Below, piece by piece: positions 8,854 to 18,524 of a stretch of 64,000 nt of DNA; position 1 is the stretch's first letter, and each line of letters starts with the position of its first letter. Under the pieces are notes generated by a model that had not been told where the DNA came from, did not search any database, and saw nothing but the letters and a program-made list of their open reading frames with translations. Source of the stretch: Nanobdellota archaeon (lineage in GTDB: Archaea; Nanobdellota; Nanobdellia; Pacearchaeales; GW2011-AR1); NCBI GenBank assembly GCA_038044745.1, contig JBBSZK010000009.1:245-64244 (forward strand), given 5' to 3'. The translations under genes and the position numbers were made by a program.

Positions 8854-8929
8854 AGCGGGGTAGAGCAGCCTGGAGTGCTCGTCGGGCCCATAACCCGGAG
8901 GTCGTGCGGTTCAAATCCCACCCCCGCTA
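8854..8929 (+). tRNA. tRNA-Met (anticodon CAU), initiator-like, with atypical features
   Basis: A1:U72 acceptor (AGCGGGG/CCCCGCT), D-stem GAGC/GCTC, anticodon stem with three G:C pairs (GGG/CCC) and loop CCCATAA. Position 33 reads C rather than U, and the T-stem only pairs if one C is bulged (GTG-C-GG / CCCAC). Confidence 0.75.
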
Positions 8930-8940
8930 CTCTAATTCCC

Positions 8941-9408
8941 ATGATTAGAAAAGCCACAGAAGTCGATTTCTCGAGCATATATGATTTGCATGTGGAAATG
9001 ATACAAAAATTGCTTACCCTCAATCCCAAAAGATTCGAATTAAAGAAAAATGAGCGAGAAACATTCAAGTCTTATTTTGCAGAATATCTGAAAGATCCGC
9101 GAAAATGCATATACGTATCGGAAAGAGACGGGCTTGTGATAGGGTACGGATCTGCAAGAATAGAAAGAAGCGTTAGCTTTGAAAAATATCCTGAACACGG
9201 ATGGGTGTCAGAGGTTTCCGTAAGAGAAGATTTTCAGAACAGGGGCATCGGAGGCGAGTTAATGGACGCGATTCTTGCCTTTTTCAAGAGCCATAATCTC
9301 GTCGCAACTTATTTTTTAGTTGAAACAAATAATCTGCAGAGTATAAGGGCATGGGAGAAAAAAGGGTTTGTGAAGGAGCTTGTTTGCTTCCACAAGGAGA
9401 TGTCATGA
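8941..9408 (+). CDS. GNAT-family N-acetyltransferase
   Basis: ORF 8875.. trimmed to Met23 because the upstream part overlaps the tRNA. The acetyl-CoA binding motif is VREDFQNRGIGGELMDAI. Confidence 0.75.
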   Translation: MIRKATEVDFSSIYDLHVEMIQKLLTLNPKRFELKKNERETFKSYFAEYLKDPRKCIYVSERDGLVIGYGSARIERSVSFEKYPEHGWVSEVSVREDFQNRGIGGELMDAILAFFKSHNLVATYFLVETNNLQSIRAWEKKGFVKELVCFHKEMS

Positions 9409-9974
9409 AACGTGTCTTCATCATACACGGCTGGGGCGGTTCACCACAAGAACGCATGATTGCGTCGATAGCACATCATCTTGAACTGCGTGGGCTCGAG
9501 GTACACGTGCTTACCATGCCCCACACGAACGAGCCTACTATTTCTGAGTGGGTTGCGCATCTTGTCGCCGAAGTTGGTACTATCGACAAAGACACGTTTT
9601 TTGTAGGTCACAGCATTGGTTGTCAGACAATTCTCCGTTTTCTTGAAAAACAAAAACGTGCGTGTGGTGGTGCTGTCTTTGTCGCAGGATGGTTTACTTT
9701 GCAAGGGCTTGAAACGCCCGAAGAAGAGGCCATCGCAGCACCATGGCTCGAAACGTCATTTGACTATGAAAAAATAAAGAAAAATCTCCCACGTTCAGTT
9801 GCAATCTTCTCGGACAACGACCCGTTTGTACCGCTCGATAACAAAGACATCTTCCGAGCGAAACTCGGGTCAGAGATTATCGTAGAAGACAACAAAGGCC
9901 ATTTCACCGAAGGCGACGGCGCCGTTGAATCTATAACGGTGTGCAATGCGCTCCTTAGACTTGCGAACGCATAA
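9405..9974 (+). CDS. Alpha/beta hydrolase, YdeN/RBBP9-like serine hydrolase
   Basis: Trimmed to MKRVFIIHGWGGSP (ATGA overlap with the GNAT stop). Nucleophile elbow is GHSIGC. Confidence 0.6.
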   Translation: MKRVFIIHGWGGSPQERMIASIAHHLELRGLEVHVLTMPHTNEPTISEWVAHLVAEVGTIDKDTFFVGHSIGCQTILRFLEKQKRACGGAVFVAGWFTLQGLETPEEEAIAAPWLETSFDYEKIKKNLPRSVAIFSDNDPFVPLDNKDIFRAKLGSEIIVEDNKGHFTEGDGAVESITVCNALLRLANA

Positions 9975-10023
9975 TATCTTTCTTTCCTCAGAACCTTTTT
10001 AAACCTTCATTCTACGACGTTGC

Positions 10024-10623
10024 ATGAAAAACGATGCCATCGTGTTTCTTTCCCCCAACGCGTATCAATCCCTTTTGGTCTCTGCGGTAGAGGTATATCC
10101 TCGAGAAACCAATGGCCTGCTCACGGGATACAAATTGCCTGATGGGAATTATCGAGTAGAACATGCCCATCCCTTTCAAACGTCAGAGCGAGGCTTTGAA
10201 TGGACTTGTGAAGGAAATAATTCGGCCGTAAAACGTGTACAAACGCTTCTTGCTGCGCTTAATGGACAACCATCGAGGCCCCATGCTATCGGAGGGTATC
10301 ACAGTCATCCTCAAAGAAGGGCTCTCGCAAAAGTTTCACCTTCAGAGAAAGACCTCGCATGGGTGCGCGAGAAACTCTCCCGAATACCTGAAGAAAACTC
10401 ATGGCTTGAACTTATCATGAGAGTTGACGTTCCGTTTCTCGAAAGACCTTCAGAGAAAGGGCCAACGCATTATCGCAGACTGAAAAAACTTAGAACAACC
10501 GTACGACACGCCCCCACAAAAGCGTATGGCTTTCTCACGGGTGCATTTCTCATACATCCTGAAGAAGGATATGATGAACTGCGGGTCGAATTAGCGCAAA
10601 AACCTCAACACGAATCAATTTAA
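10024..10623 (+). CDS. JAB/MPN (JAMM) domain metalloprotease-like protein
   Basis: E..NGLLTGY early, then GGYHSHPQRRALAKVSPSEKD (HSHP...S..D JAMM motif). Confidence 0.7.
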   Translation: MKNDAIVFLSPNAYQSLLVSAVEVYPRETNGLLTGYKLPDGNYRVEHAHPFQTSERGFEWTCEGNNSAVKRVQTLLAALNGQPSRPHAIGGYHSHPQRRALAKVSPSEKDLAWVREKLSRIPEENSWLELIMRVDVPFLERPSEKGPTHYRRLKKLRTTVRHAPTKAYGFLTGAFLIHPEEGYDELRVELAQKPQHESI

Positions 10624-10645
10624 ACTGCCTATTCTCACGATATTC

Positions 10646-11332
10646 ATGTTCCTCATAGGTATAGACGACGCAGGCCGAGGGCCGATTATCGGACCTATGA
10701 TACTTGCAGGCGTTTTGATTGAAAAAGAGCAGGAACAAGACCTCAAAAAACTTGGCGCAAAAGATTCCAAATTGCTGTCACATCCTGAACGTATGCGCAT
10801 TGCAGAACTCATTCACAAAGAAGTAAAAAAGTCTCACGTGGTGCTCGCAACACCTGCAGAAATCGATGAGGCTATTTTTTCCGGGGAAAATCTTAACACG
10901 CTCGAAGCACGCAAAATGGCGGACGTCATTAATAACCTCAATACCTCGTCAGAGAAAATTAAAGTTATTGTAGATTGTCCGTCGATTAACACGGTGGCGT
11001 GGCGCGAAAAGCTTTTATCCTTTATTAAGAAAAAAACAAATCTCGACGTCGTGTGTGAACATAAGGCCGATTTTAATCACCCTGTTGTATCGGCGGCATC
11101 CATACTCGCGAAAGTGCGCCGAGAAGAAGAAGTCGCGCAATTGAAAAAACGCTACGGTGAACTGGGTTCGGGATACCCTGCAGACCCCATAACAAAATCT
11201 TTTCTAAAAGAAAACGGCAAGGAATTAGAAACCACCGGTATTTTTCGTAAATCATGGGCAACCTGGAAAGAGATGTTTCCCGATAGCCTCACATCACACG
11301 AAAAAAGCGCACAACAAACAAAATTATTCTAA
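10646..11332 (+). CDS. rnhB: Ribonuclease HII
   Basis: IGIDDAGRGPIIGPMILAGV at the N-terminus, DSKLLS, and ASILAKVRREEE, typical of RNase HII. Confidence 0.9.
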   Translation: MFLIGIDDAGRGPIIGPMILAGVLIEKEQEQDLKKLGAKDSKLLSHPERMRIAELIHKEVKKSHVVLATPAEIDEAIFSGENLNTLEARKMADVINNLNTSSEKIKVIVDCPSINTVAWREKLLSFIKKKTNLDVVCEHKADFNHPVVSAASILAKVRREEEVAQLKKRYGELGSGYPADPITKSFLKENGKELETTGIFRKSWATWKEMFPDSLTSHEKSAQQTKLF

Positions 11333-11749
11333 TCCGGAAATATAGCTGTGCGTTGCTTCTCGGGTTTTATCCATAATTCTCAATTCTTCGGCAGGTAATT
11401 CTGGTTCATCATACCCTGGAGTCGTAATAAATCGAAGGCCGCTAACCGTACGCGCATCACAACCTATGTTGCTGTATCCCTCAAAGGGAAGCAGGTTTGC
11501 TCCCTTTTTTATTTGCTCAAGAGATGCGTACATCAGTCCAGAAATCTCGAGCGAATGCATCTCGGGAGGCGTAGCGGAAAGGAGAAGATCGGTTTCATGT
11601 TCTCGGGGAGGAGTGGTCATGCCTCGTCGTAGGATATATCCTATCTCTCGTACACCTAACGTTGTCTGTAAATGCCCCATAAGTCCTACAAGTTCCCCTT
11701 CTGCGAGAGGACGCTCGAATTCGACTGTACTTCGTTCTATTAACCCCAT
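11324..11749 (-). CDS. Hypothetical protein (141 aa)
   Basis: Clean ORF convergent with rnhB. No motif recognised. Confidence 0.5.
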   Translation of the reverse strand: MGLIERSTVEFERPLAEGELVGLMGHLQTTLGVREIGYILRRGMTTPPREHETDLLLSATPPEMHSLEISGLMYASLEQIKKGANLLPFEGYSNIGCDARTVSGLRFITTPGYDEPELPAEELRIMDKTREATHSYISGLE

Positions 11750-11843
11750 AGCAAGCTCTTTTTTAAGCGCTATTTAATCTTTGTGGCGGACGTCTTGTCA
11801 GCATCAGAGATTTTAAATAACTCCTCCTCGATAGCCGCTTAGT

Positions 11844-14786
11844 ATGGCATATATCAAGAAGCTGGTGATGCATGGGTTCAAATCGTTCGCGAATAAGACA
11901 GAAATCTTCTTTGATAAAGGAATCAATGTGATTATTGGCCCCAACGGTTCTGGAAAATCTAATATTTCAGATGCGCTTTGTTTTGTACTCGGTCGTTTGT
12001 CCACCAAGTCAATTCGTGCCGCAAAGGCAAAAAATCTTCTTTTCATGGGCTCTAAATATGTTAAACCTGCTCGAGAGGCCGTTGTTGAAATGGTGTTTGA
12101 CAATAGCGATAGCGCGTTCGGCGTACATGCGGATGAGGTGAGCATTATGCGCACAGTGCGCAATAACGGGTTGAGCGTGTACAAAATAAATGGCGAAGTG
12201 AAGACGCGTGCAGATATTATAGAGGCACTTGCGCAGGCAGGTATCGACCCCCATGGATTTAATCTCGTTCTCCAGGGTCAAATCCAAGCAGCTGTAGGCA
12301 TGCACCCTGAAGAACGCCGCAAGGTCGTCGAGGAAGTCGCAGGAATCTCTATTTACGAAGCGCGTAAAGAGAAGTCGTTGCACGAGCTTGAGAAAACCGA
12401 TGAAAAACTAAAGGAAATTAACGCCATCCTACGCGAGAGAACGGCCTTCTTAAGGAATCTAGAAAATGAACGCCAGCAAGCGCTCAAGTTCAAAGAGCTT
12501 GAACTGACGGTAAAACGCTGTAAGGCTTCCATATTGAGTCGCAGAGCTGCCGAAAAAGAAGATGAACTAGCGTCTATACAAACGTCTCTTGAGGAAAAGA
12601 CTGCTCAAAAAGACACATTACGCGGAAAAGTCGAATCCTTCCAAAAAGAAATAGAAGGGCTCAACGAACGCATACGTCAGATTAACAAGCATATTCAAAG
12701 CGCGACAGGTGTCGAACGCGAGGCGCTCCAGAATACAATCACCAATCTAAAAGCCGAATTAGAAGGGCTTCGCGTGAGAAAAGAAAACTTCGAACATCGT
12801 AAATCGGAGGTTGAACGTCGTATAGCCGAGATAACACGAGCAATTCCTCTGCATGAAACGGAAATAAAGGAACTTAAGAGAGAGTCTCCGCTCGCCGCAA
12901 AAAAACAGGCAGAAATCGCTCAAAAAAAACAGGAACTTGCCCGTATCGAAGAAGAGCGCCGCCATGCTTATTCACTCAAGACCGAACTCAACGCATTCAG
13001 AGACAGGATTAGGGACAAGGAAACACAGCGTGCCCGAATTACAGGGGAATCAGATGCACTCATTAAACAGCTCGAGGAGTACACGTACAATCTTATCTAC
13101 ACCGACGCCGAAGCATGTAAAAAAGCACTCATACATCTAACACAGACAGTTCAGCAAAAAAGAGCGCGTATCTCTGAGCTTGCGACAATGGAGCTTGAAG
13201 CTACAAAACTCGTTTCCATAGGGGAAACTGAGATAAGTGCGGCTCGAAAAATTCAAGGGCAAGTGGCACAAATAGATATTTGCCCGCTCTGTCAAAGTAA
13301 AATGACGCAGGAACACATTACCCATGTTGCGGAAGAAACCAACGCAACGATAGAACGAGCGACAAAAATACGTGAAACCGAATCACAGCGCATAAAAGAC
13401 ATACAGAAAGAACACACGCTTGTGCTTGCAGAAATACGTGAAACCGAAAGAAATCTTTCTGACCACGAACGCGAGCTTTCTCGCCATCACATCACGCTCG
13501 ATAAAAAAGAGTATCTCAAACGCCTCGTCGAACAAGAAAAAGCATTGGGAGTTGAACTAAAACAATTGAACGAGAAACGCGATACACTTCAGCAGAAAAC
13601 GCTCGATGTCGGCCACATAGAAGAAAGTTATGTGGCAAAAATGCATGAAATTGAAGAAATCTCCTCGCGCACCGATGAAAACATTGACCAAACACTCATA
13701 TTCAAAGAGCGCGAATTAGAAAAGCTTCGAGAAAAAATAAAGTTCGATACAGGAGAAATAGAACAGATTGCCTCGGAGATACACAATTTCGCAGCATCTA
13801 TAACCTCAAAATCGAAACTGCTCGACGTCAAGGTAAAAGAAGAAGAAGCGCTTGCTGTCCGTTTTAAAAAACTATTTGAAGAAAGAGATGCTTTACAAGA
13901 ATCGATTCAACATCAGAGTTTTGAAGCAAACGAAGTGCAGAGCCAGGTACGCCAGATCGAGGATCAAATGAACTATCTTAAAATAGGAAATGCAAAATTA
14001 GATGCTGAACGAGAAGCAATTCAAATGGAACTTTCCGAATATGCAGGGCTCGAACTCATTAAAGCATCCATGGCTATGCTCGAGGAGCGTTTGCAAAAAA
14101 CGCAGGCAACTCTGCACACGATTGGTTCCATCAATCTACGTGCACTCGACATTTACGACCAGATGAAGCAAGAGTATGACCGCGTGCAGGAAAAAGTAAA
14201 TACGCTTGTAAAAGAAAAAGAAGACATCCTCAAAATCATAGAAGAAATTGACAACAAGAAAAAGCGCACTTTTATGCGCACCTTTAATCAGATTAATGAA
14301 CTGTTCAGTACCAACTTTTCAAAACTCTCAACAAAAGGCCAGGCGTTTCTCCAAATAGAAAATGAAGAAGACTTGTTTGCGGGCGGCGTAAGTATTGTGA
14401 TTCGTATGGGCAAAGGTAAATATTTTGATGTGGCTTCACTGTCTGGAGGGGAAAAGACGCTGGTTGCGCTTTCACTCCTCTTTGCAATCCAGGAGTACAA
14501 GCCTTATCACTTCTATATCTTCGATGAGATAGACGCGGCACTCGATAAACGAAACTCAGAGCGACTTTCGGCCCTCCTACGGCAGTATATGCGTTCAGGC
14601 CAATATATTACCATCACGCATAACGATGCGCTCATCATGGACGCAAACATCCTCTACGGCGTAAGCATGCACGAAGGCGTATCAAAGATACTGAGCCTTA
14701 AGATGGGCGAAGAAGTCGCTGAAAAGGTCGCAGAAGTGTTCAAACCATCAGATAATCAGGATAACTCTGGAGACGTGTCCGCATAA
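11844..14786 (+). CDS. SMC-head ATPase (980 aa) with long coiled coils and a central CxxC hook-like motif instead of a hinge
   Basis: N-terminal FKSF...GPNGSGKSNISDALCFVLG (SMC Walker A). C-terminal LSGGEKTLVALSLLFAIQEYKPYHFYIFDEIDAALD (SMC signature plus Walker B). The middle is all heptad-like sequence, with ICPLCQ at nt 13281-13292 (about aa 480-483 of 980). No Gly-rich globular hinge segment is visible. Confidence 0.85.
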   Translation: MAYIKKLVMHGFKSFANKTEIFFDKGINVIIGPNGSGKSNISDALCFVLGRLSTKSIRAAKAKNLLFMGSKYVKPAREAVVEMVFDNSDSAFGVHADEVSIMRTVRNNGLSVYKINGEVKTRADIIEALAQAGIDPHGFNLVLQGQIQAAVGMHPEERRKVVEEVAGISIYEARKEKSLHELEKTDEKLKEINAILRERTAFLRNLENERQQALKFKELELTVKRCKASILSRRAAEKEDELASIQTSLEEKTAQKDTLRGKVESFQKEIEGLNERIRQINKHIQSATGVEREALQNTITNLKAELEGLRVRKENFEHRKSEVERRIAEITRAIPLHETEIKELKRESPLAAKKQAEIAQKKQELARIEEERRHAYSLKTELNAFRDRIRDKETQRARITGESDALIKQLEEYTYNLIYTDAEACKKALIHLTQTVQQKRARISELATMELEATKLVSIGETEISAARKIQGQVAQIDICPLCQSKMTQEHITHVAEETNATIERATKIRETESQRIKDIQKEHTLVLAEIRETERNLSDHERELSRHHITLDKKEYLKRLVEQEKALGVELKQLNEKRDTLQQKTLDVGHIEESYVAKMHEIEEISSRTDENIDQTLIFKERELEKLREKIKFDTGEIEQIASEIHNFAASITSKSKLLDVKVKEEEALAVRFKKLFEERDALQESIQHQSFEANEVQSQVRQIEDQMNYLKIGNAKLDAEREAIQMELSEYAGLELIKASMAMLEERLQKTQATLHTIGSINLRALDIYDQMKQEYDRVQEKVNTLVKEKEDILKIIEEIDNKKKRTFMRTFNQINELFSTNFSKLSTKGQAFLQIENEEDLFAGGVSIVIRMGKGKYFDVASLSGGEKTLVALSLLFAIQEYKPYHFYIFDEIDAALDKRNSERLSALLRQYMRSGQYITITHNDALIMDANILYGVSMHEGVSKILSLKMGEEVAEKVAEVFKPSDNQDNSGDVSA

Positions 14787-15250
14787 GCTCTCATCTCTTC
14801 TAAAAAAAGAGGAAGGGTTATTCCCTGTTTATGTAATATCTGGGCCCCCAAACACCCTTCTAACAAAAGAATGCCCCCTAGAAGACAATCAGGGTCAACC
14901 TCTCCTCGGTTTAACAGGCAAGTCATACGAGTGGCGTATTTGTTTTGAATGCAATCGTAAGCCCTGCTCGGAAGGAGATGTGTCGCCCCTATGATGGCTC
15001 TGTCAGGTTCAGAAACACGCCCACAAGGATTCCATTTATCAATAAGGGGCCACAAGCGAAGAGGAGGTGCCCTAAGCCGAATGAGCGTCATACTACACCC
15101 TCCTTGCTGTACGATCCCTGCAAGAAGATGGTCTGTCCGAATAAACTCCTGCCTCGATTCGTACGCAAAGTTACGTGCATTATTGAGAACAAGGTTTGCT
15201 GATTGCCCATAAGGGGTCTCGGGAGCATATCTTTCCACCATAGTTTCCAA
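14756..15250 (-). CDS. Clp N-terminal (double Clp_N repeat) domain protein
   Basis: Two repeats of the Clp_N type (FIRTDHLLAGIVQQGG... and VDPDCLLGGILLLEGCLGAQILHKQGIT). The 3' end overlaps the SMC-like gene by 31 nt (convergent). Confidence 0.5.
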   Translation of the reverse strand: METMVERYAPETPYGQSANLVLNNARNFAYESRQEFIRTDHLLAGIVQQGGCSMTLIRLRAPPLRLWPLIDKWNPCGRVSEPDRAIIGATHLLPSRAYDCIQNKYATRMTCLLNRGEVDPDCLLGGILLLEGCLGAQILHKQGITLPLFLEEMRAYADTSPELS

Positions 15251-15327
15251 TATAGTCTAAAGCCTATATAAAAATATATCCTCTCCCCTAAGGGAGAGTA
15301 AGTAAAAAAATAAAAAAATAAAGGGAG

Positions 15328-16542
15328 TTAGTAGTAACTCTCTCCGAATTCTTCCGATTTCTGTGGTTTTCTAGTTAAGAGTACGATGAGTACAATAACC
15401 AGAACGACAAAGATTACGGCAAGGACAACAGTGAGAACAACAGAGGCGTTAACCTTCTGTGCACTGCCCTCAACGGTCGCAGCAAAGCTCTCTTGTTTGA
15501 CGAGTTCGCCATCCGAGCTGATAGTAACGTCGAAGGTGTAGTCGCCCTCTTCAGAGGCCGATGCCGTCAACTGTACTGTCTTACTCGAACCAGCGGGGAC
15601 AACGACAAGGCCATCATCAGCTTCGACGGTTAGACCCTTCGAAGTTTTGATAACAAGGTCGTATACCTTGATTTCGTCACCAGAGTTTACAATCGTAATG
15701 CTGTAGACTTTTTCTTCGTCTGCAGCGAACGATTTGCTAGTGCTCGGCGAGAGTACGCGGCTTTCAGCGCCAGCGCCTACAACTACAATGCGCTTGGTGC
15801 GCACTGAGCTGGAGTCACTGTTGTATGCTTCAAGTTCGATGGTGTAAACACCAGGGGCTGCATTCTGCGGAATGTTCAAATACATTCTGCGTTCAACAGC
15901 GTCTTCCTTATCAGGGTGAGACTGGTCTTCAGCAGTTAAATCGCTGAAATACGCAGTGTTGCTCACACCGAGTTCAGGAATCGTGGCTCGAACATACGTG
16001 TCCTCAGCCATTTGGCGTCCGCGGTTCTTCAAGACCACATCAAGGGCAAGTGTTTGACCTGCCTTAAGTTGGTCTACGCTATCAACCGACAAGATTTCAA
16101 CAAGATATGACTCTCGTTGAACCTCAAGGTCGATACGGCGTTCACTCGCGAGACGAGCGTTACTTTCAACAGTGACGACAAGAACGAGGTCTTCGCTCGG
16201 GTCGATGTCGAAAGGCATCTTGATATTCAACAGCCTGCTATAGGTGTTGTTTGTCAGGACGTCAAAGCGCTCGCTGACTTCAGAAATACCGCTTTCTCCG
16301 ATGACTCGAGCCATGACGCGAACGTCTGTCTCGTCGCCCGTTGCCGTGAAAATAACACGGACAGGGACAGTCTCACCGGCAAAAACAGCGGCAGTTCCAT
16401 TGCCAAAGCTCTCGATACCGTTTACCGTAACCCGGTCAATAGATGCGAAAGCGCTCACGCTTGAAGCTAGGAAAGCTACAAGTGCGAGAATCGCAACCAT
16501 AGAAACCATAAGTTTCATTGACTTCATGGGTTGGTGGTTCAT
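15328..16542 (-). CDS. Cell-surface (S-layer-like, Ig/CARDB-type repeats) protein with signal peptide and C-terminal TM anchor
   Basis: N-terminal hydrophobic signal (LMVSMVAILALVAFLASSVSAFA), beta-rich repeated modules, and a C-terminal VVLTVVLAVIFVVLVIVLIVLL anchor followed by a basic stop-transfer. Confidence 0.6.
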   Translation of the reverse strand: MNHQPMKSMKLMVSMVAILALVAFLASSVSAFASIDRVTVNGIESFGNGTAAVFAGETVPVRVIFTATGDETDVRVMARVIGESGISEVSERFDVLTNNTYSRLLNIKMPFDIDPSEDLVLVVTVESNARLASERRIDLEVQRESYLVEILSVDSVDQLKAGQTLALDVVLKNRGRQMAEDTYVRATIPELGVSNTAYFSDLTAEDQSHPDKEDAVERRMYLNIPQNAAPGVYTIELEAYNSDSSSVRTKRIVVVGAGAESRVLSPSTSKSFAADEEKVYSITIVNSGDEIKVYDLVIKTSKGLTVEADDGLVVVPAGSSKTVQLTASASEEGDYTFDVTISSDGELVKQESFAATVEGSAQKVNASVVLTVVLAVIFVVLVIVLIVLLTRKPQKSEEFGESYY

Positions 16543-16569
16543 ATTTAATTGAAAATCAGACCCAGAAGT

Positions 16570-16586
16570 GCTTTATAAACTTTATG
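16570..16586. promoter_or_regulatory. TATA/BRE-like promoter cassette gctttataaactttatg
   Basis: The TATA centre lies about 35 nt upstream of the surface-protein ATG (16542, minus strand). The same 17-mer occurs at 39993-40009 upstream of the island gene at 40024. Confidence 0.45.
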
Positions 16587-16670
16587 GTAGCAACACTTTA
16601 TTAGTAATTATGGAGTGACAAAACTTATATATCCAGTATACCGCGATATACCAGATACTACGCGCGTACC

Positions 16671-16922
16671 ATGCCCACAACTACGATAAAACTTGATACT
16701 AAGACAAAAGAACGCATAGATAAGCTGCGCGTCTACAAGCGTGAAACATACGATGAAATCGTGCAATCTGTGCTTACCATACTTAATTTGTGTAAGGTAA
16801 ACCCCGAACGCGCTCGCGCGCGGCTCATGGCTATTGATAACGCCCGTCGCAAAGGAAAGATTACACGAGGCTCTGCTGATGAGCCAGCGCGAGCCCCACA
16901 ATACAATCGTCAATCATTGTAG
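16671..16922 (+). CDS. Small ribbon-helix-helix-like protein
   Basis: TIKLDTKTKERIDKLRVYKRETYDEIVQSVL resembles RHH antitoxin-like archaeal proteins. The 3' end overlaps the convergent endonuclease IV-like gene. Confidence 0.45.
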   Translation: MPTTTIKLDTKTKERIDKLRVYKRETYDEIVQSVLTILNLCKVNPERARARLMAIDNARRKGKITRGSADEPARAPQYNRQSL

Positions 16923-17640
16923 GTGATTCGTTAATAAGTGTGATTGCATGGTCTCGGGGAAGGTTCTCGAGGAGCGTTTTCCACGCTTCTTTTTCGGTAG
17001 TCAGGTGGTGTTTCTCTCCTTTCTCCCCATAGGCAATGCCCGAAAAATGCACATGCCAGTGTTTCTGCGGAAAGAGGACCTTTACTTTTTCATAATCAAC
17101 TCGTTTCTCCCGAGCCAGGATATGCGCAAAATCGATGCAAAATCCGCATCCCGTTTCCCGCACCAACCGCGCAATCTCTTCAACACTCCCGAATACATTC
17201 ACTTTCCCCATGGTTTCAGGAGCAAGAATGATGGTCCACGCATTTTGATGTATCTCTTTCATCAGCGCTTCAATCCCTTGTTTAATAGTTTGGTAACTCG
17301 CTTCTCTATCTTTCCCATAATACCCCGGATGAATAACGACACGATGTGCGCCCAGCCAGTGCCCTACCTTGCAACACTCAATAATGCGCTGATGAGTGGC
17401 TTTCCGTGTAGCAGGTTCTTCAGATGCGAGATTGACAAAGTACGGCGCATGAATACTCAAGGCAATGTCAAGCTCCTTGGCTTTCTTTCCTATTGCTCGT
17501 GCATCCGCCTCTTGCTTGATATACGCTCCATACGTGAATGCAATCTCACACGCCCGAAATCCATGTGCATGATACATCTCAAGCGTTGTAATCGCCGTTT
17601 TCACGGGTCCGAGGCCTGCGGGTCCTATAGACAGAGTCAT
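16861..17640 (-). CDS. Endonuclease IV-like / xylose-isomerase-like TIM-barrel protein
   Basis: LSIHAPYFVNLAS, VVIHPGYYG, APETMGK, CIDFAHILA and HVHFSG match the AP endonuclease family 2 metal-ligand pattern. Confidence 0.6.
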   Translation of the reverse strand: MTLSIGPAGLGPVKTAITTLEMYHAHGFRACEIAFTYGAYIKQEADARAIGKKAKELDIALSIHAPYFVNLASEEPATRKATHQRIIECCKVGHWLGAHRVVIHPGYYGKDREASYQTIKQGIEALMKEIHQNAWTIILAPETMGKVNVFGSVEEIARLVRETGCGFCIDFAHILAREKRVDYEKVKVLFPQKHWHVHFSGIAYGEKGEKHHLTTEKEAWKTLLENLPRDHAITLINESPTMIDDCIVGLALAHQQSLV

Positions 17641-18012
17641 AGCAAAAATTACTTAAACCAATTAATAAAGCCTCTGACATGAGCCTCAAGTTTACTTCTG
17701 GACAAGACCATGTTCTCTCTGCGCGAGGAGTGTATAAGGTGAGTCAACATGAGAGATGTATTTCATTAAGAGAAAAGTGTCGTAAAGAGCCAAATGTTTC
17801 CCTCATGTTCTTTCTACAATATAGCTCCTGCAACACGCAGCCTGCAAAGACAAGACGCAATCTTTTCGAGCGTATTGAATCAAAAGTTTTCGCAGAAGCA
17901 AGGCGTCACGAGGTCGTCTTGATTATGGACGTGAGTGCTTGTCCCGTGGGCAAGTTAGAAGGATACTCTGACGAAGGGTATTTAGTAACTGCACAAGGAT
18001 ATCAAGCACAAT

Positions 18013-18480
18013 CTACGAAGAGAATATAGTCGCGTTCTGTAGCGCACCTTTCACATCAGCGATATTCTCAATGAGGTATTGGTGCAACTTTTTAATAATC
18101 AATCCTTGCAAGTCTTCTTTTAATCTCCCATGACAGAGCGACATGTCTTTATGAGGGTATGCCACGACGCCAAGCGGATAACTGCATAACATACCATGCC
18201 CTTCAAATGTACGCAACTCCAAGTCCCCTTCCTTCGCTTGTAGCAAGGTTACCTCAATTTCACATACGTCTCCCACGCGCCGAACAAGGGTATACGTCCA
18301 CGAAGCTTCAGATTCTTCGTTTATGTACGAAGCACGTGAACAACCAGCCATATGGTCTTGAAAACAGGCGTACGTTTCGCACGGAGTAGGTTTGAACGTG
18401 TAATAAAGTGCAAATGCTACTGCAAGCGCAAGAAGCAATACCAACACAATAGTCCCCGTCTCTTTTTGCATATAACGCAC
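18013..18480 (-). CDS. Hypothetical membrane-anchored Cys-containing protein
   Basis: N-terminal TM (IVLVLLLALAVAFALYY) followed by a domain containing 6 Cys. Confidence 0.5.
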   Translation of the reverse strand: MRYMQKETGTIVLVLLLALAVAFALYYTFKPTPCETYACFQDHMAGCSRASYINEESEASWTYTLVRRVGDVCEIEVTLLQAKEGDLELRTFEGHGMLCSYPLGVVAYPHKDMSLCHGRLKEDLQGLIIKKLHQYLIENIADVKGALQNATIFSS

Positions 18481-18524
18481 AAGAAATTATTCTATTTAAA
18501 GATACCTTCCAAGAAATGCAAATC

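Noticed and set aside
17679-18029. Plus-strand ORF of 116 aa in the gap between the endonuclease IV-like gene and 18013..18480
   Set aside because: It has no motif and an odd Cys/Arg-rich composition, and it overlaps the next gene's 3' end. It might be real, but it cannot be supported from sequence alone.
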